From NCBI RefSeq assembly GCF_000143415.4, contig NW_003314276.1:1650696-1714695 (forward strand): a DNA stretch of 64,000 nucleotides. Direction: 5' to 3'. The number at the start of each line of letters is the position of its first letter. Position 1 is the first letter of the stretch. A program made the translations under genes and the position numbers. This document shows, one piece after another, positions 1 through 12,194 of the stretch. The stretch is from Selaginella moellendorffii (taxonomy: Eukaryota > Plantae > Lycopodiophyta). The notes beneath the pieces are model-generated. The model was given only the letters and a program-made list of their open reading frames with translations, did not search any database and was not told where the DNA came from.

Positions 1-2250
1 TATGTTTGAAGGTGTGAGTGTGATTCGAGGGATGAAAACTCATGTACCTTTGAATTGGCCTAATACAATTTCACAGTCTAGAATTGTTGGTAAGGCACGT
101 TTAAGTATGAGTTGTGTACCATTACATAGTTCAGTCGATGGACTATATTCCTTAATAGAATAAGGATGATACTTTTTTTAAGCAAGAGTTTATATGGTGG
201 AAGACCAGAAGAAGTAATGGAATTTAAGAATTCAATTAAAAAATCTTCTGGGTGTTAAGTATCAAAAAAGTCAACACTTTTATAAATATGTATATCACTA
301 GGTAAGGATAATATATTGTTGAGTTGTTGAATGGATTTTAATAGTGGCATAATCATAACCTTTATAAACATATTAAAATAGATATTTAATACTTTTATAG
401 TTGCACATATTTCAATATTTATATGAGCTTTATATTTCTTACAGAGGTACTTGTTATAAGGTACAACCCAATGGTGTTCTATATGATAACCATTTTTAAA
501 AACTGTACATCTATTATCTGGTCTATAATAATCTGGATATCCATTAACTGAAAATGTTGTTTTATAATTAAATTTTTTTGGAAAACCTTTCAAGCAAGAA
601 CAATTTTCCATGTAAGGACTATTAGGATAAAAAAAAGTCCATATAGTCCATGCATCATATGCGATATAACTATCTTTTTATAGTGTCTTTCAAAAATTCT
701 TTAAGTTTTATATAGAAAACTATAGAGACCAAATCAAGACGATCTTCAGAACTTTCATTTGGATGTAAGTTTTCTATAATTTCTAACCATTTAAGGTTGC
801 AAGTGAAAGTAATGAAAATATTTAATTTTGAGTAATGGGCAACAATTGCCATTACATCTTGATAATTTTGTTGCATTGCTCTAGATCCACCATCAAATGT
901 TGAAGGTAGTATAACAATTTTACAAGGGTTCATATTTTCATTTGAAGCACAATTCGCAACATAATCCATAAGACTAGTATACATTTCTACTCATAATTGT
1001 TTTTGGTGGGTATGATAGTAATATAGGTTATTACTCTCAACTTTGACATATGCATCAACAATGTATTGTTGAGTAAGCTTGCCAACATGTAAGATTTAGT
1101 TGAAACCTAATTGTAGTGTGTCTCTTTTAGATAAGCAATATCTATAATATAGAAGTAATGTAGTTTGAAGTTGTCACATATTCAAAATATTTGCATACCA
1201 TCCTTTATCACCAAAAGGAAATATCAAAAGATAAACCATTGAATCATAATTAACATTAAATCTTTCTAAAATGATTTGCCATAGGATATATACAAATTTC
1301 ACGTCCACGTGGGAGCTCACAAACAAAAACAACAGCAACATCATTTGTTTGTGGTATATTATAATGTTGATTATCTATTCCTTCATTCCTTAGTAACATA
1401 TAAACACCATGTAAAGGACAGCCTATAATTGCTACTTCATGAAGTTCTTTTTATTCCATTTCATGAGATTATCAATCTCAAGGATGATACCACCAGTAAT
1501 ATTAATCAGATAAAAAAGTGCAAAGACTTTTCCCAAGATTACTTTAGTACATCTTTCTGTAAGTCTGTGCGTATGAATTAATATGACAGAGTGTATCAAG
1601 ATGTAATAGGAAATCTTGCTCACAACTTTTATTAAATGGGTTTTAATGCCTTATATCTATGGCTTATTGTGTATCTAGCATATAAAATTGCTTGTAAGAT
1701 AGACTTTGATCACCAGAAAAATGTGATGACATGACACTATGGTAAATCAGCCCATGAATTCTAAAGCAATAAGGACCATTACCTCTTAAAGTGCCAATGT
1801 TAGCACCCATTGATGCAAATGCAAGGGCACTATTATAGTGTTTAATATTACTTCTGAAATTAGAGCTTTTGTAAAGCGTAAGTAAAGTATTTGGCAAAGA
1901 TAATATAGGTGGCAATATCACTTGACCATGTTGACAACACATAGCAATATTCTCATCTTTAAAATGTGATGCATTACAAAAAACACAAATAGCTGATAAA
2001 AAACCAATTTCAAAAGTTGAAATTTGTGAATCTTTGTAAATAGTGTGACTTGCTAGTGTGGTTTGTGAAAGTGGAGATGGTGTCATGATGTGTATATATT
2101 TCATTTTGATTTGAAGTAATTTGAAGTGGCTCAAAGTGTTTATCAGAATTGTTAGTATCAAAATTCTTATCTAAATTATTGGTATTTCTTATAGTTCTAA
2201 GAAGATGACGAAGGTGAGGCATAATTTAAATTTTTCAAGTACAAAGCTAG
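1..2250 (-). pseudogene. Helitron Rep/PIF1-helicase (RepHel) remnant, copy 1; internally deleted and running off the window
   Basis: ORF fragments CVFCNASHF..CCQHG, YNSALAFASMGA, GPYCFRIHG, ILPSTFDGGSRAMQQNYQD, FITFTCN, WVVPYN, HINIEIC, plus helicase pieces near 1-300. Many stops and frameshifts. Relative to copy 2 it lacks the HUH block and about 1.8 kb between Rep and helicase. Confidence 0.92.
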
Positions 2251-2613
2251 AAAACTATAGCTTATGTAGGTTCATGTTTGTAAAAAAACTCAAATTTGCA
2301 AGAGAAATACGAAACAATATTTAATATGTGGTGGAGGCTAAGGATATAAACAAATATGAACCTACTGTGTGCTTGGTTCTGTGTGCCTATCTAGAGTTTT
2401 CCAATTATTTGCCAGAAAAAAGTGTGCCAAAGAAAGACTAACCTTTTGCTACAAATTGTTGTGATTCTTGGCGGTGGTCTTAAGCCCAAAACCTAATTGT
2501 GAGATTTAGGGTTATGTGAAGCAAGAGTCTGCCAAATACAAATTACCCAAAGAGAAAAATAAAAGTAATAGACAAGACTAAATAATTCATATTATAAAAA
2601 AACACAACACAAG

Positions 2614-3740
2614 TTATGGTAATAAAAGCGAACATGTAAATTTTACGAAATTTGGTAGATCAGAATTTATCTGAAATGGGAAAACAACTGCTTTCCCTGT
2701 AGTAGATAAATTCAAAATGGTTGTAGATAAAGACTTCTCCTCCACAAATAAAACAGCTCCATTCAAACAAATAGCATTGCATTCTTTACCAACACCTTTA
2801 GCCAGATTTTCACCTCCAACATCACCACCTGTTTCTCCTTGCATATACCATAGCTGCATGCTATTTTTGAATTGAGTGCAGCACAACACACCTGTCCGAC
2901 CATGGCAGGAAACAAATAAACCATGATTCCTGTGTAGCCGCTCATCCCATGGCCAAGTCTGCTTTAATTCAAACCTCAACCCTTCCAAATCCAAAGTGAA
3001 CAGACCAACATACTCTGGATCATTCAAATCCTTGTAGTGACCACAAAGCAAATACAAAGTAGCGCTGCCCACCATTTCCCCCGTATTCTCCAACTGACAC
3101 CATCCCAATGGTGTGCTAGCAGCCCTCCAGCATCCCAGTCTCGAGTTGTATACATGAGCTGTTAACATTGTGTAGACACTTCTCACCTTACGTCTGATCT
3201 CAACTTTTTCTTCTTCACAAGAACGACTTTTTACAAAGCAGACTGTGTATTCCTTGAAGTCTTGACTGATGCCCATGTAAGAGGATGAAATCAGCCCTTT
3301 AGCCCTGAGATCTGGCAACGCTCTAAAGCATCCAGTGACTGGATTGGCTACTAGGACCTGGTTCCCTTTTAAAAAGCAGAGCAATCCACCAGCACTTCCT
3401 ATAAGAAGGAAGTCCCCTGTGGGCACACTTCCATCTCTATCCAGTTGAAGGCGTTGCTGTTGTTAAATGGGTTGCCCCTGAAAATCCTTCCGCACAACGT
3501 GCCTGCAAGAATATAAGGAACAGCTGCTGGAATGCTTGCCTGTGCGTGCCGCACGCCAAACCCTGGGCAGTCGATCAATTCCCGCCACCGTTTGCACACT
3601 GCTCTCATCCGCCAGACATCGCGCAGCGGCAGCTGCTGCAACACCTCTTCCTCAATCTCTTGGTTCATTTGCAACCCTAGTGATCTTAACCTATTCTTAA
3701 AAGGTAACCATAAGGAGTGAGTAATGAACTCGTCCTGCAT
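2614..3740 (-). pseudogene. F-box protein with C-terminal interaction domain, copy 1; single frameshift near 3415
   Basis: F-box motif EEVLQQLPLRDVWRMRAVCKRWRELI (ORF 3399-3740) continues in another frame as GSAGGLLCF..VANPVTG..LP (ORF 2614-3426). Confidence 0.85.
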
Positions 3741-3945
3741 TGAATTCTGGAGCTTCTCCAGTGTGAGCGAGTAGATCGATCTCTGGCAGCAAACGCCTTC
3801 ATTTAAATAGGATGGAGCATCGCCTTGGAGAAGCCATGTCTTCTTCTTCTTCCTCTTTCTTCTTGATGTGATGCTACTAAGAAAGATTGGATCTTGTCTA
3901 GCTCTCTCACCCTGATTGGCACCGAGGAAAGAAAAAACGATGAAG
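3724..3945 (-). repeat. Duplicated fragment of the ABI5/ABF 5'UTR and N-terminus (inverted copy of ~30300-30597)
   Basis: The reverse complement reads ...GAAGAAGAAGACATGGCTTCTCCAAGG...ATCTACTCGCTCACACTGGAGAAGCTCCAGAATTCAATG, matching the bZIP start region (SIYSLTLEELQNSM). Confidence 0.9.
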
Positions 3946-3949
3946 AATT

Positions 3950-4850
3950 CTCAATACATTTAGAATATGCCTGAATATTCTAGCATATTACAGTTGATAC
4001 TTTTTAAAACACTTCTAGGTATATTCTAGCATATTTTATGATCTCGGTTAGAATGTACTTAGATTAGGTTATAATGTAAAAGAATACATTAAAAAGAATT
4101 TATTTTTTTGGATAAGTAGGCCTATTGGCCATAACCTCATAAGTTACATATGAATGCAACAAAAAGATATAATGCTTGATTCTTGGACTTTTATTACACT
4201 TATGTTTAAACTTTTGGCTCAATACTTCGATGCAGACATAGCAATGATATTATATTTGGTTTGTATGAACTGTTTCCACACATAAAAGTTAGCTTGATTG
4301 ATTTCGAGCAAAGATTTATTTATCTATATATTCAAGTACTATGGTGGATATGGTTGCAAAGACTTCCTTACATAGAAAAAGGTCAAGATTTACACTTTCA
4401 GGTTGCAATATTATAAACATCTTTACTTTTGACATAATTGATTTTGTATGTTGTATAACTACATTTACAGTGTTGGGAAACTTTAAATAAACTTATCCAA
4501 AATGTTGAAGTGATTTAATTACTAAGTGACCTACAGATAAAATATTTAATTATATTTAACATTAGTTATCTTTTATATTAATTCAACATTGCATTATTAT
4601 ATTTAATCTTTATGTGTAAAATAATTAATTAATAATTTAGAAAATAAATAACTCTTTGCATATGGTACTTTGTTTTTAATATTAAATTATTTTATATTCC
4701 ATTAAACTCAATTAAAAAGATATATATTATAGTGGATGTTGATGGTGTGGTTGTGGCTAATGCTAATATCCTTCACTAAGTACAAAATGTTATAATTGAT
4801 ATATTAGAGCAAATATATAATGCATATCACAACGTCCAAAACATGATGAT
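3950..4850 (+). repeat. AT-rich ~0.9 kb direct repeat, copy 1 (copy 2 at ~26622-27460)
   Basis: Colinear similarity from CAATACATTTAGAATAT..AGATTAGGTTATAATGTAA to ..AATGTTATAATTGAT..AATGCATAT. Confidence 0.85.
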
Positions 4851-5529
4851 CCCATCACACTTTCAACCCTGTTGCAATGCTCCACCACGTTGTTGAGGCC
4901 CAGCGTGTAACTCCACCCCAACGATCCCTGCCATCTGAGCGACACCCCATGGGTGAGAGAAGTCCTTTCAATTCAGAGTGGATCACTGATTTTGTAGGGG
5001 TAGTTTCTATTGTGCAGTGGCTGGTGAAGCAATGCAAGCCCAAATTAGAATGTGATCCACTATGGCAGTCCTGTATATTCCATAATGCCGATTGATGGCT
5101 ATATTCTAAACTATGCTGTTTCAATCCAATGGCTCGAAAAATATATGTATCCATATCAAAACAGTATTATAAACAGTTTAAACTCTAGTTTGAATTTGAT
5201 AAGCATGGCATTTTGGACGAGATTCTCGCTGCTCGAGGCGGATTTAGGAGTTAGGAGGACGGGTTCTAGATGGGTTGATCTCGCGCTTGATCGTCTCGCC
5301 CTTGACACCAAACCGCATCTCGCTCTGGATCGTTCAAGAAGCCTGCGAGTTCACTCGGTGGTGGATGAAAAGATGCAGATCTCTTGGAACCTCGGCCTCC
5401 ATCGCGATGGTTCTAAGCGTTTCTGAGGTACTATGAAAGAGCAGATGATTTATCAACCAGTTTGGTTCAAGAACTCGGAGAAGTTTAACAAACATAACTT
5501 TTATAAACTTCTAATGCCACGAACATGCA

Positions 5530-7267
5530 TCACATTTTACTGAGTACAAGCGGCACTCCATGGATAGGCTTCAAGCCAAACTTCATCGCAGGATTATGGC
5601 AGTAGTTCGGTGAAAGCCGGAACAAGAATCGCTGTAGTATCATAGCCAGAATGACTTTGGCTTCGATCATCGCAAACGACTGGCCCACGCACACCCGCGG
5701 CCCAAACGAAAACGGCATGAAAGCATTTGGATGCTTGCACGCGCTTGAGATCCCATCTTTGAAGCGATCCGGATTGAATTGGCCTGCATCTTCTCCCCAG
5801 AGCTCCTTATCCTGATGCAATCCAACGATTGGAAACGACACAGATACTCCTTTTGGAACGTGTAAATCTTGCAGCCAAGACTCCTCCACACACTCCCTGG
5901 TCATCTCGACTACTGGTGGATACAACCGCAGAGTTTCGTAAAGGATCATTCCCACCTGTTCAAGAATCAAGAAGTTAAGTTTTGGAATTAGGAGATATTG
6001 ATCGACTTACGAGCTTGAGCCTGCTGACACTCTCGCCATCAGGAATCTCATTGCCACATACTTCGTGTACCTCAGCACGGGCGCGTTCTTGCCATTCAGG
6101 ATAGCCTCCCAGTAGCATCAAAGTCCAGGTTAGTAGGGCGGCTGTGGTCTCATGGCCCGCAATGTAGAACGTCTTGCATTCCTCTATCAGATCACTGCTT
6201 GTGAAATTACTGCTGCTGTCACACTCCTTTAGCATCAGTCCGAGTAAGTCATTCCCGTATGTATTGCTCCCCCCTGACTTCACTGAGTTCCGACGCTCGT
6301 CTATGATCCCAGTGATCAGAGAATCCAACTCCTGATGAAGCTTCCACAGTTGGAGGTTGATTGGAAGTGGGAGAAACCTGTAGCAAGTGATTATGGTTCA
6401 GTTCAATAGATGATCGAGCATACCTGAAGCCTGGAATCCAGGAAAAGCTGATGAGTTTGGGGACTAGCTCTGGGATTTTCTTAGACAATATCTCGAAAAC
6501 CCTCTGCCCTTCGAGATAGCTAGTTCCAAATGCTGTATGGGAGATAACGTCTCCTGTGAGCTTGCGCACCTCTCCAGAGATTTCAATCTCGGGATTCTGC
6601 TGCCTCGTAGCTTCCCATTGATCAAGCATGCGAAACGTGCACCGTGCGATTGTACCGGTCATTTGCTGTGTCCAGGAGAATCAGAAACAGAAGATAATAG
6701 TATGAATACCCACTTTAATACGTTCATGAAAGAATGCCGGTGCTACGAGTCGGCGGTGATGACCCCATTCCTCTCCAGTAACACAAACCAATCCACGACC
6801 AAGGAACAAGTTCGCAACCCGCAGCCCGCCCACCGATTTATCAAACTGAGAAAACTTCTTAGACAAAACCTCCCTTACGATCTCAGGCTCCGAGACCAAT
6901 ATCCTTGGCTCAGTTCCCCACCAGAACACAAATCTCTTTCCTGGACCATGATCATCAGAAACGAAGCTTTGAGATTCATCAGGGACAATAACATACCATA
7001 TTGCTTCTGCCATTTGAGCAACGCAGGATGTACCCGATGGAAAATGTCGTGGCTGAAACTTTCCATGTTGTGATCCTTGATGGCGCGCCTCATGTTCTGG
7101 ATTTCAGCTATTTGGCCTACCATGAACCGGGGTGGAAGCCCCTGAATGCCCTCCTTCTTCAGCTGCGCCGCGATCGCCCTGGGGCGCCACCAGTAGACCG
7201 TCAGGAATCGCCATAGCGCTGCAGTGAAGAGGACGATGCAAGTGCTCAAGATCCATCTCCCTTCCAT
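5530..7267 (-). CDS. Cytochrome P450, CYP72 clan; 5 exons (7267-6997, 6940-6714, 6665-6424, 6377-6011, 5955-5530), ~510 aa, intact
   Basis: N-terminal membrane anchor, WWRP, I-helix AGHETT, ETLR, PDRF and heme motif FSFGPRVCVG. GT-AG introns of 56, 48, 46 and 55 bp join into one open frame of 1533 nt. Confidence 0.93.
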
Positions 7268-7759
7268 TTGCTGGATTAAGGGTAAAATGTGTGGGAGATG
7301 TGGGCGAGTGCATTTAAGCCAAGCAGATGGAGTGGATCTATCCCTAAGAAACTACAGGAACTTGTAGCGTTACACTGTTACTCATTGGTTAGTGGTGGTT
7401 TGTGTGTGGTTGCTCACTCTTCAATGATATTGGACGACATCGCAAGGCAGATTGGCTATTGTAAAAGTAAACCCGCAAAGATTTTGTTTAACATATGCCA
7501 ATAAAAACAATAACATCAATGGAGTGAGGTCGTGAAGGATATGGTTTGGAGAGGGCTTCCACAGTGGATAGAGGGCCAACATGGAATGCAGGCTCTTGGC
7601 ATCGGCTAGCACATGGTACTTTCTCAGCGAGAAGAAGGATGTTCTCCCTCAGCTTCTGGAGCCCAATCGAGCTGGAAGGTATGGCATTCATATTTCTTCC
7701 ATTGTTTTTTAGTTCTAGGCTTTCGTCCAGGGAGGAAGGCATCCTATTTCATGGGGAGA

Positions 7760-7870
7760 TGGAGCTGGATGGGGGCGGTGAGGAAAGATTTTTGCACCAT
7801 TTGCAAGAGTGGTGGCAAAGTTTTCTGCTGCGATGCTTGTATCACCTCCAGTGCTTGGATCCGCCAATGA
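7760..7870 (+). pseudogene. PHD-finger gene fragment (chromatin-reader-like)
   Basis: DFCTICKSGGKVFCCDAC matches the first half of a C4HC3 PHD finger; no intact continuation. Confidence 0.55.
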
Positions 7871-9989
7871 AGTCTGTTCTATGGAGGAGCTCGAGATGCC
7901 TCTCATACTGGCATTATGTATTTATTTTTGTTTCAGGAGGAGCCTCTACGTAGATTCTCAAATGGCATGGCAAAGGTTATCTCATTGCAAGAGGGAAGCA
8001 CTAACAGGAGTTTCATGCACTCTCACGGAGAAGGAAGACGGAGGAAGGCAAGAAGGCAGAAGAAGAGCTGATGAAGCATTTCCTTGTCAGGTGGAAGTCG
8101 AGGTCTTACCCTTCATTGCTCTTGGTAAGTCTTTTCTTGCTTATAGACACTAGTCATTCGTACGAAGCATCACAGGATCCGCTGAATGAAATGGAGAGCT
8201 TCAAGGCTGTATCATGGCTTGCGAATGAAGATGAACCAATTCCATAAAACGTGTGAGGCCATGAAACAATGTCCAACACTGTATGAGAATATGTCAAGCA
8301 TATTCTATTATTTAGTGTATTCTAGGCTCTCCTTCACATTTTTGGTACACCAGACAAGGTAGAGTGACTTCTTGGTTTGTTCACCCTTTGAATCTGCAAA
8401 AGGATTGAAGTGAAAAGTTGAGGTTTTGGGTCATGGAATCTGGAACAAGAATTCTTGCAGGATATAAAGTGGATTGAGCTGATTCTTGTAGCAGAGGAAG
8501 CACCACATTATGATCTATCCAATGAATCCAAAATGGCTAGGTTTATGTAGGAATTTGAGGATTTTGATATCATGTTCTTTCTTGGATTTGTGTTGGATTT
8601 GTAAATGGGGTATATGGGTGGAAGCACTTGATCTTGAAGTGTCTATAAAGTGTTTTTCTTGATTCATTTCGTGATGGAATGAGCTGCATGCAAGTGATTT
8701 TTTGGTCATCAAGATATCTTGAAATGATTTGAGATTTCTAGTGTTTGGTAGATTTGAGTTAATTCACACACTTGATTTCATCATGGCTAAGTTCAATGTG
8801 TATAAGATGCTATTGCAAGAGTCCATCTATGAGTATTATAGTTACTTCAAACAATATATTCATAAGTGTGAGAGCGTGAACATATAGTGTAATGGAGTTC
8901 AGGTGGTAAAGGCATATGTGAATTGTATGCATCTATTTTGGCACAAAGTTTGTGGGAAGTGCCTGAAGAAGCTGGACAAAGTTATACAATATGCTATCAC
9001 TCAAGAACACAAGAGGTTGTTTTAGCAAAGAAAAACGGTGTACAAGGAGGGCTATCACACAGTGCATTGGCAGAGATCTACTCCTTCCTCTACTTACTCT
9101 ACTTAGATGCTCTCTAATGGCACTTTCAAGGAAAGTCAGCAGCAGATGACCAAGAGGTTGAATCGGATAGAAATAGAGACAAATTCATTGAGGCAACAAT
9201 AGGCTGGGCATGGCCAAGGCCAAGGATACTCTAGCCGGGGGCGAAGAGTAGTTGATGCAGGAGTAGTATCAGTTTATGAGTTTTGTCAGCTTTATAGCCA
9301 TGATAAGGAATGTTAGAGAGCAAAGCAAGAATATATGACATGGGGAAACCATGCTATTGTTTCCACACCTACTCCTTGGCCTCCACAACAACAAGGTTTT
9401 CAGCACAAGCCTCTGCAGGAGAATGTACAGTTGGTCCAAAACCAAGCCAGATCAAAAAGGAAAAGCTCGGACAGATTTAGTGAATCTCGTTCACTTCTCA
9501 AGACCACATGACTTCATTGATGATCATATTGGTGTCAATGAGAATGAGGAGTGGATTGCTGGCTCACATCCGTGGATAGGACAGTTCAAAAGTGATAATA
9601 TTGGTTATGCAGCAACATGGTTGGCAAGGAGGCATGGGCCTTGGATCTTCTGGATAGGGGTGCTTATATCCGATTGAGCCAGTCACCATAGTGAATAGAC
9701 AGGGTGTGGGAATAGAGATCATCTTAGGTGTCCTTGACTCACAGGTGCAATATGTTGAAATGTAAACAAAGTCTCCAGACACACCAGATTCCCCCTACAA
9801 CTTGGAAACATTTGCTATCACCACGCAAAGGTAGGAGGCATACTATCCATTGGTGCCACTTTTAGTAGACGATGCTTTGCCTTCATGTCAATCGTTCTCA
9901 ATGAAGAAGGTTGTTTTACAAATTGTAACTCAAGCTCAGTGTTGAGTTGGAAGCTGAAAAGCTAGTAGTCACCCAAGTTGACAAGTTGA

Positions 9990-10640
9990 TGATTTTGCCA
10001 TCCTTTAGATCTCACCACAACTCCCACTTTCTATATATCCTCTAAGTTAAAAGGATGTCTGTAACATGTAAACCTAAAAGCTAAGTTATTAAACTTCTGA
10101 AAATAATATATTGAGCTTTCCACACTCAAGGGCATAAAGAGTTCTAGCTATTTAAAAACTGGAGACTTCATAGGAATTTCATTAGAACAATCTCAATGGA
10201 ATAAAGAGTAGAGGGTAAGATATAGTGGCAACACCATTACCCATCATTTATCATAATGTGCAATGGCTAAGATATTAACATTAATATTCAATGCTATGCA
10301 ATCTAAACAAGCACTTAACCTTATTAGGTGCTACGCTTAGCATTCATAGAATTAAAGACAAACCAGTCATAAAAAGGAAATTGCATAAAAACTATAAAAA
10401 ATAAAGGAAACCTGGTATAGCAAATTCTTCAGTAATATAGTTGTCTTCTATGGTTAATTCTCTTAGAATGCATCATTTTTATTGACTCTTTGCTCTTGAA
10501 AAACTTAATATTCCCAAGTTTCTCTTCAGAATAAAGCATTCAAACATTCTTAAGCAAGTAATTATCATTAGAAAACACAAACTCGAAAATATAATCATGC
10601 ACTTTCCAACATATTCAAAATAAACAATGTATTTATACCA
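9990..10640 (-). repeat. Inverted duplicate of ~28190-28850
   Basis: The reverse complement of ATCCTTTAGATCTCAC...AAGTTTCTCTTCAGAATAAAGCATTCAAACATTCTTAAGCAAGTAATTATC matches 28190-28850. Confidence 0.88.
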
Positions 10641-10894
10641 TGATTTTAATTATAATATTGATTGGTTGTGAAACTTTACGACATTTCTTTGAAAACTAAA
10701 AAGGTTGACTAAGAGTTATATTTTATTTCCTTTTAAAGTGAAACTATATATATATTTGGAAGAAAAAACAACAGCACAATTAAAAGAAACAACATTTTCT
10801 AAGTATTCTATATTATTGACATGATTATATTCCTCCATTTTTTAATATTTTGTATAGTGATATAACCATTTGCTTCTCTCTTGATCAAGTCTCC

Positions 10895-11125
10895 AACTTT
10901 TGCAGAAAAAAAGGGGAAGAAAGAGAAGAAAGGAGGAGGATAAACAGATCACACGAGATTAGCTATAGATCACAAGCAGAATGGAGCTCCAGAGCATGCA
11001 TCAGGAGCACTAGGGAGGAAACCCTGGAAGGAGCGAGAGAAACAAAGAGATGCGCATATCTCACACATTCGTATCGGGCGCTTGGCCCAGCGCTGTCGTG
11101 AAATTGCCCGAGGAAAATAAAAGTA
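10895..11125 (-). repeat. Inverted duplicate of the ABI5/ABF upstream/5'UTR-intron region (~29965-30265)
   Basis: The reverse complement contains CCAGCGCTGGG..TAGGGTTTCCTCCC..CTCCTGATGCATGCTC..CTCGTGTGATCTG-like blocks found at 30020-30260. Confidence 0.85.
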
Positions 11126-11149
11126 ATAGACGAGACTAAGTAATTCATA

Positions 11150-12194
11150 TTATAAAAAGAAACACAATATAAAAGCAAAGGTGTAAATTCTACGAAATTT
11201 GCTAGAGTGGAATTTTTCTGAAATGGGAAAGCAACTGCATCTGTAGTAGATAAATTCAAAATGGTTGTAGATAAAGACTTCTTCTCCACAAATAAAACAG
11301 CTCCATTCAAACATATAGCATTGGATACTTTACCAACACCTTTAGCCAGATTTTCACCTCCAACATCACCACCTGTTTCTCCTTGCATATACCATAGATG
11401 CATGCTGTTTTTGAATTGAGTGCAGCACAACACACCTGTCCGACCATGGCAGGAAACAAATAAACCATTGTTCCTGTGTAGCCGCTCATCCCATGGCCAA
11501 GTCTGCTTTAATTCAAACCTCAACCCTTCCAAATCCAAAGTGAACAGACCGACATACTCTGGATCATTCAAATTCTTGTAGTGACCACAAAGCAAATACA
11601 AAGTAGTGTTGCCCACCATTTCCCCATATTCTGCAACTGACACCATCCCAATGCTGTGCTAGCAGCCCTCCAGAATCCCAGTCTCGAGTTGTATACATGA
11701 GCTGTTGTAAACATTGTGTAGACACTTCTCACCTTACCTCTGATCTCAACTTTTTTTTCTTCACAAGAACGACTTTTTACAAAGCAGACTGTGTATTCCT
11801 TGAAGTCTTGACTGATGCCCATGTAAGAGGATGAAATCAGCCCTTTAGCCCTGAGATCTGGGAACGCTCTAAAGCATCCAGTGACTGGATTGCCTACTAG
11901 GACCTGGTTCCATTTCAAAAAGCAGAGCTATAAGAAACCCCACTGTGGGCACACTTCCATCTCTATCCAGTTGAAGGCGTTGCTGTTGTTAAATGGGTTG
12001 CCCCTGAACATGCACAACGTGCCTGCAAGAACATAAGGAATAGCTGCTGGAATGTTTGCCTGTGCATGCCGCACGCCAAAGCCTGGGGAGTCGATCAATT
12101 CCCGCCACCGTTTGCACACTGCTCTCATCTGCCAGACATCGCGCAGCGGCAGCTGCTGCAACACCTCCTCCTCAAGTTCTTGATTCATTTGCAA
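11150..12194 (-). pseudogene. F-box protein, copy 2 (paralog of 2614-3740); stop and frameshift
   Basis: Three ORF pieces (11928-12194, 11568-11918, 10963-11646) are near-identical in protein sequence to copy 1. Confidence 0.88.

Noticed and set aside
6537-7216. Plus-strand ORFs antisense to the P450
   Set aside because: No domain signal; they span P450 introns and are explained by the codon bias of the opposite strand.
8870-9120. Possible RING-finger fragment (CMHLFWHKVCGKC)
   Set aside because: Cys/His spacing is incomplete and interrupted by stops; cannot be assigned.
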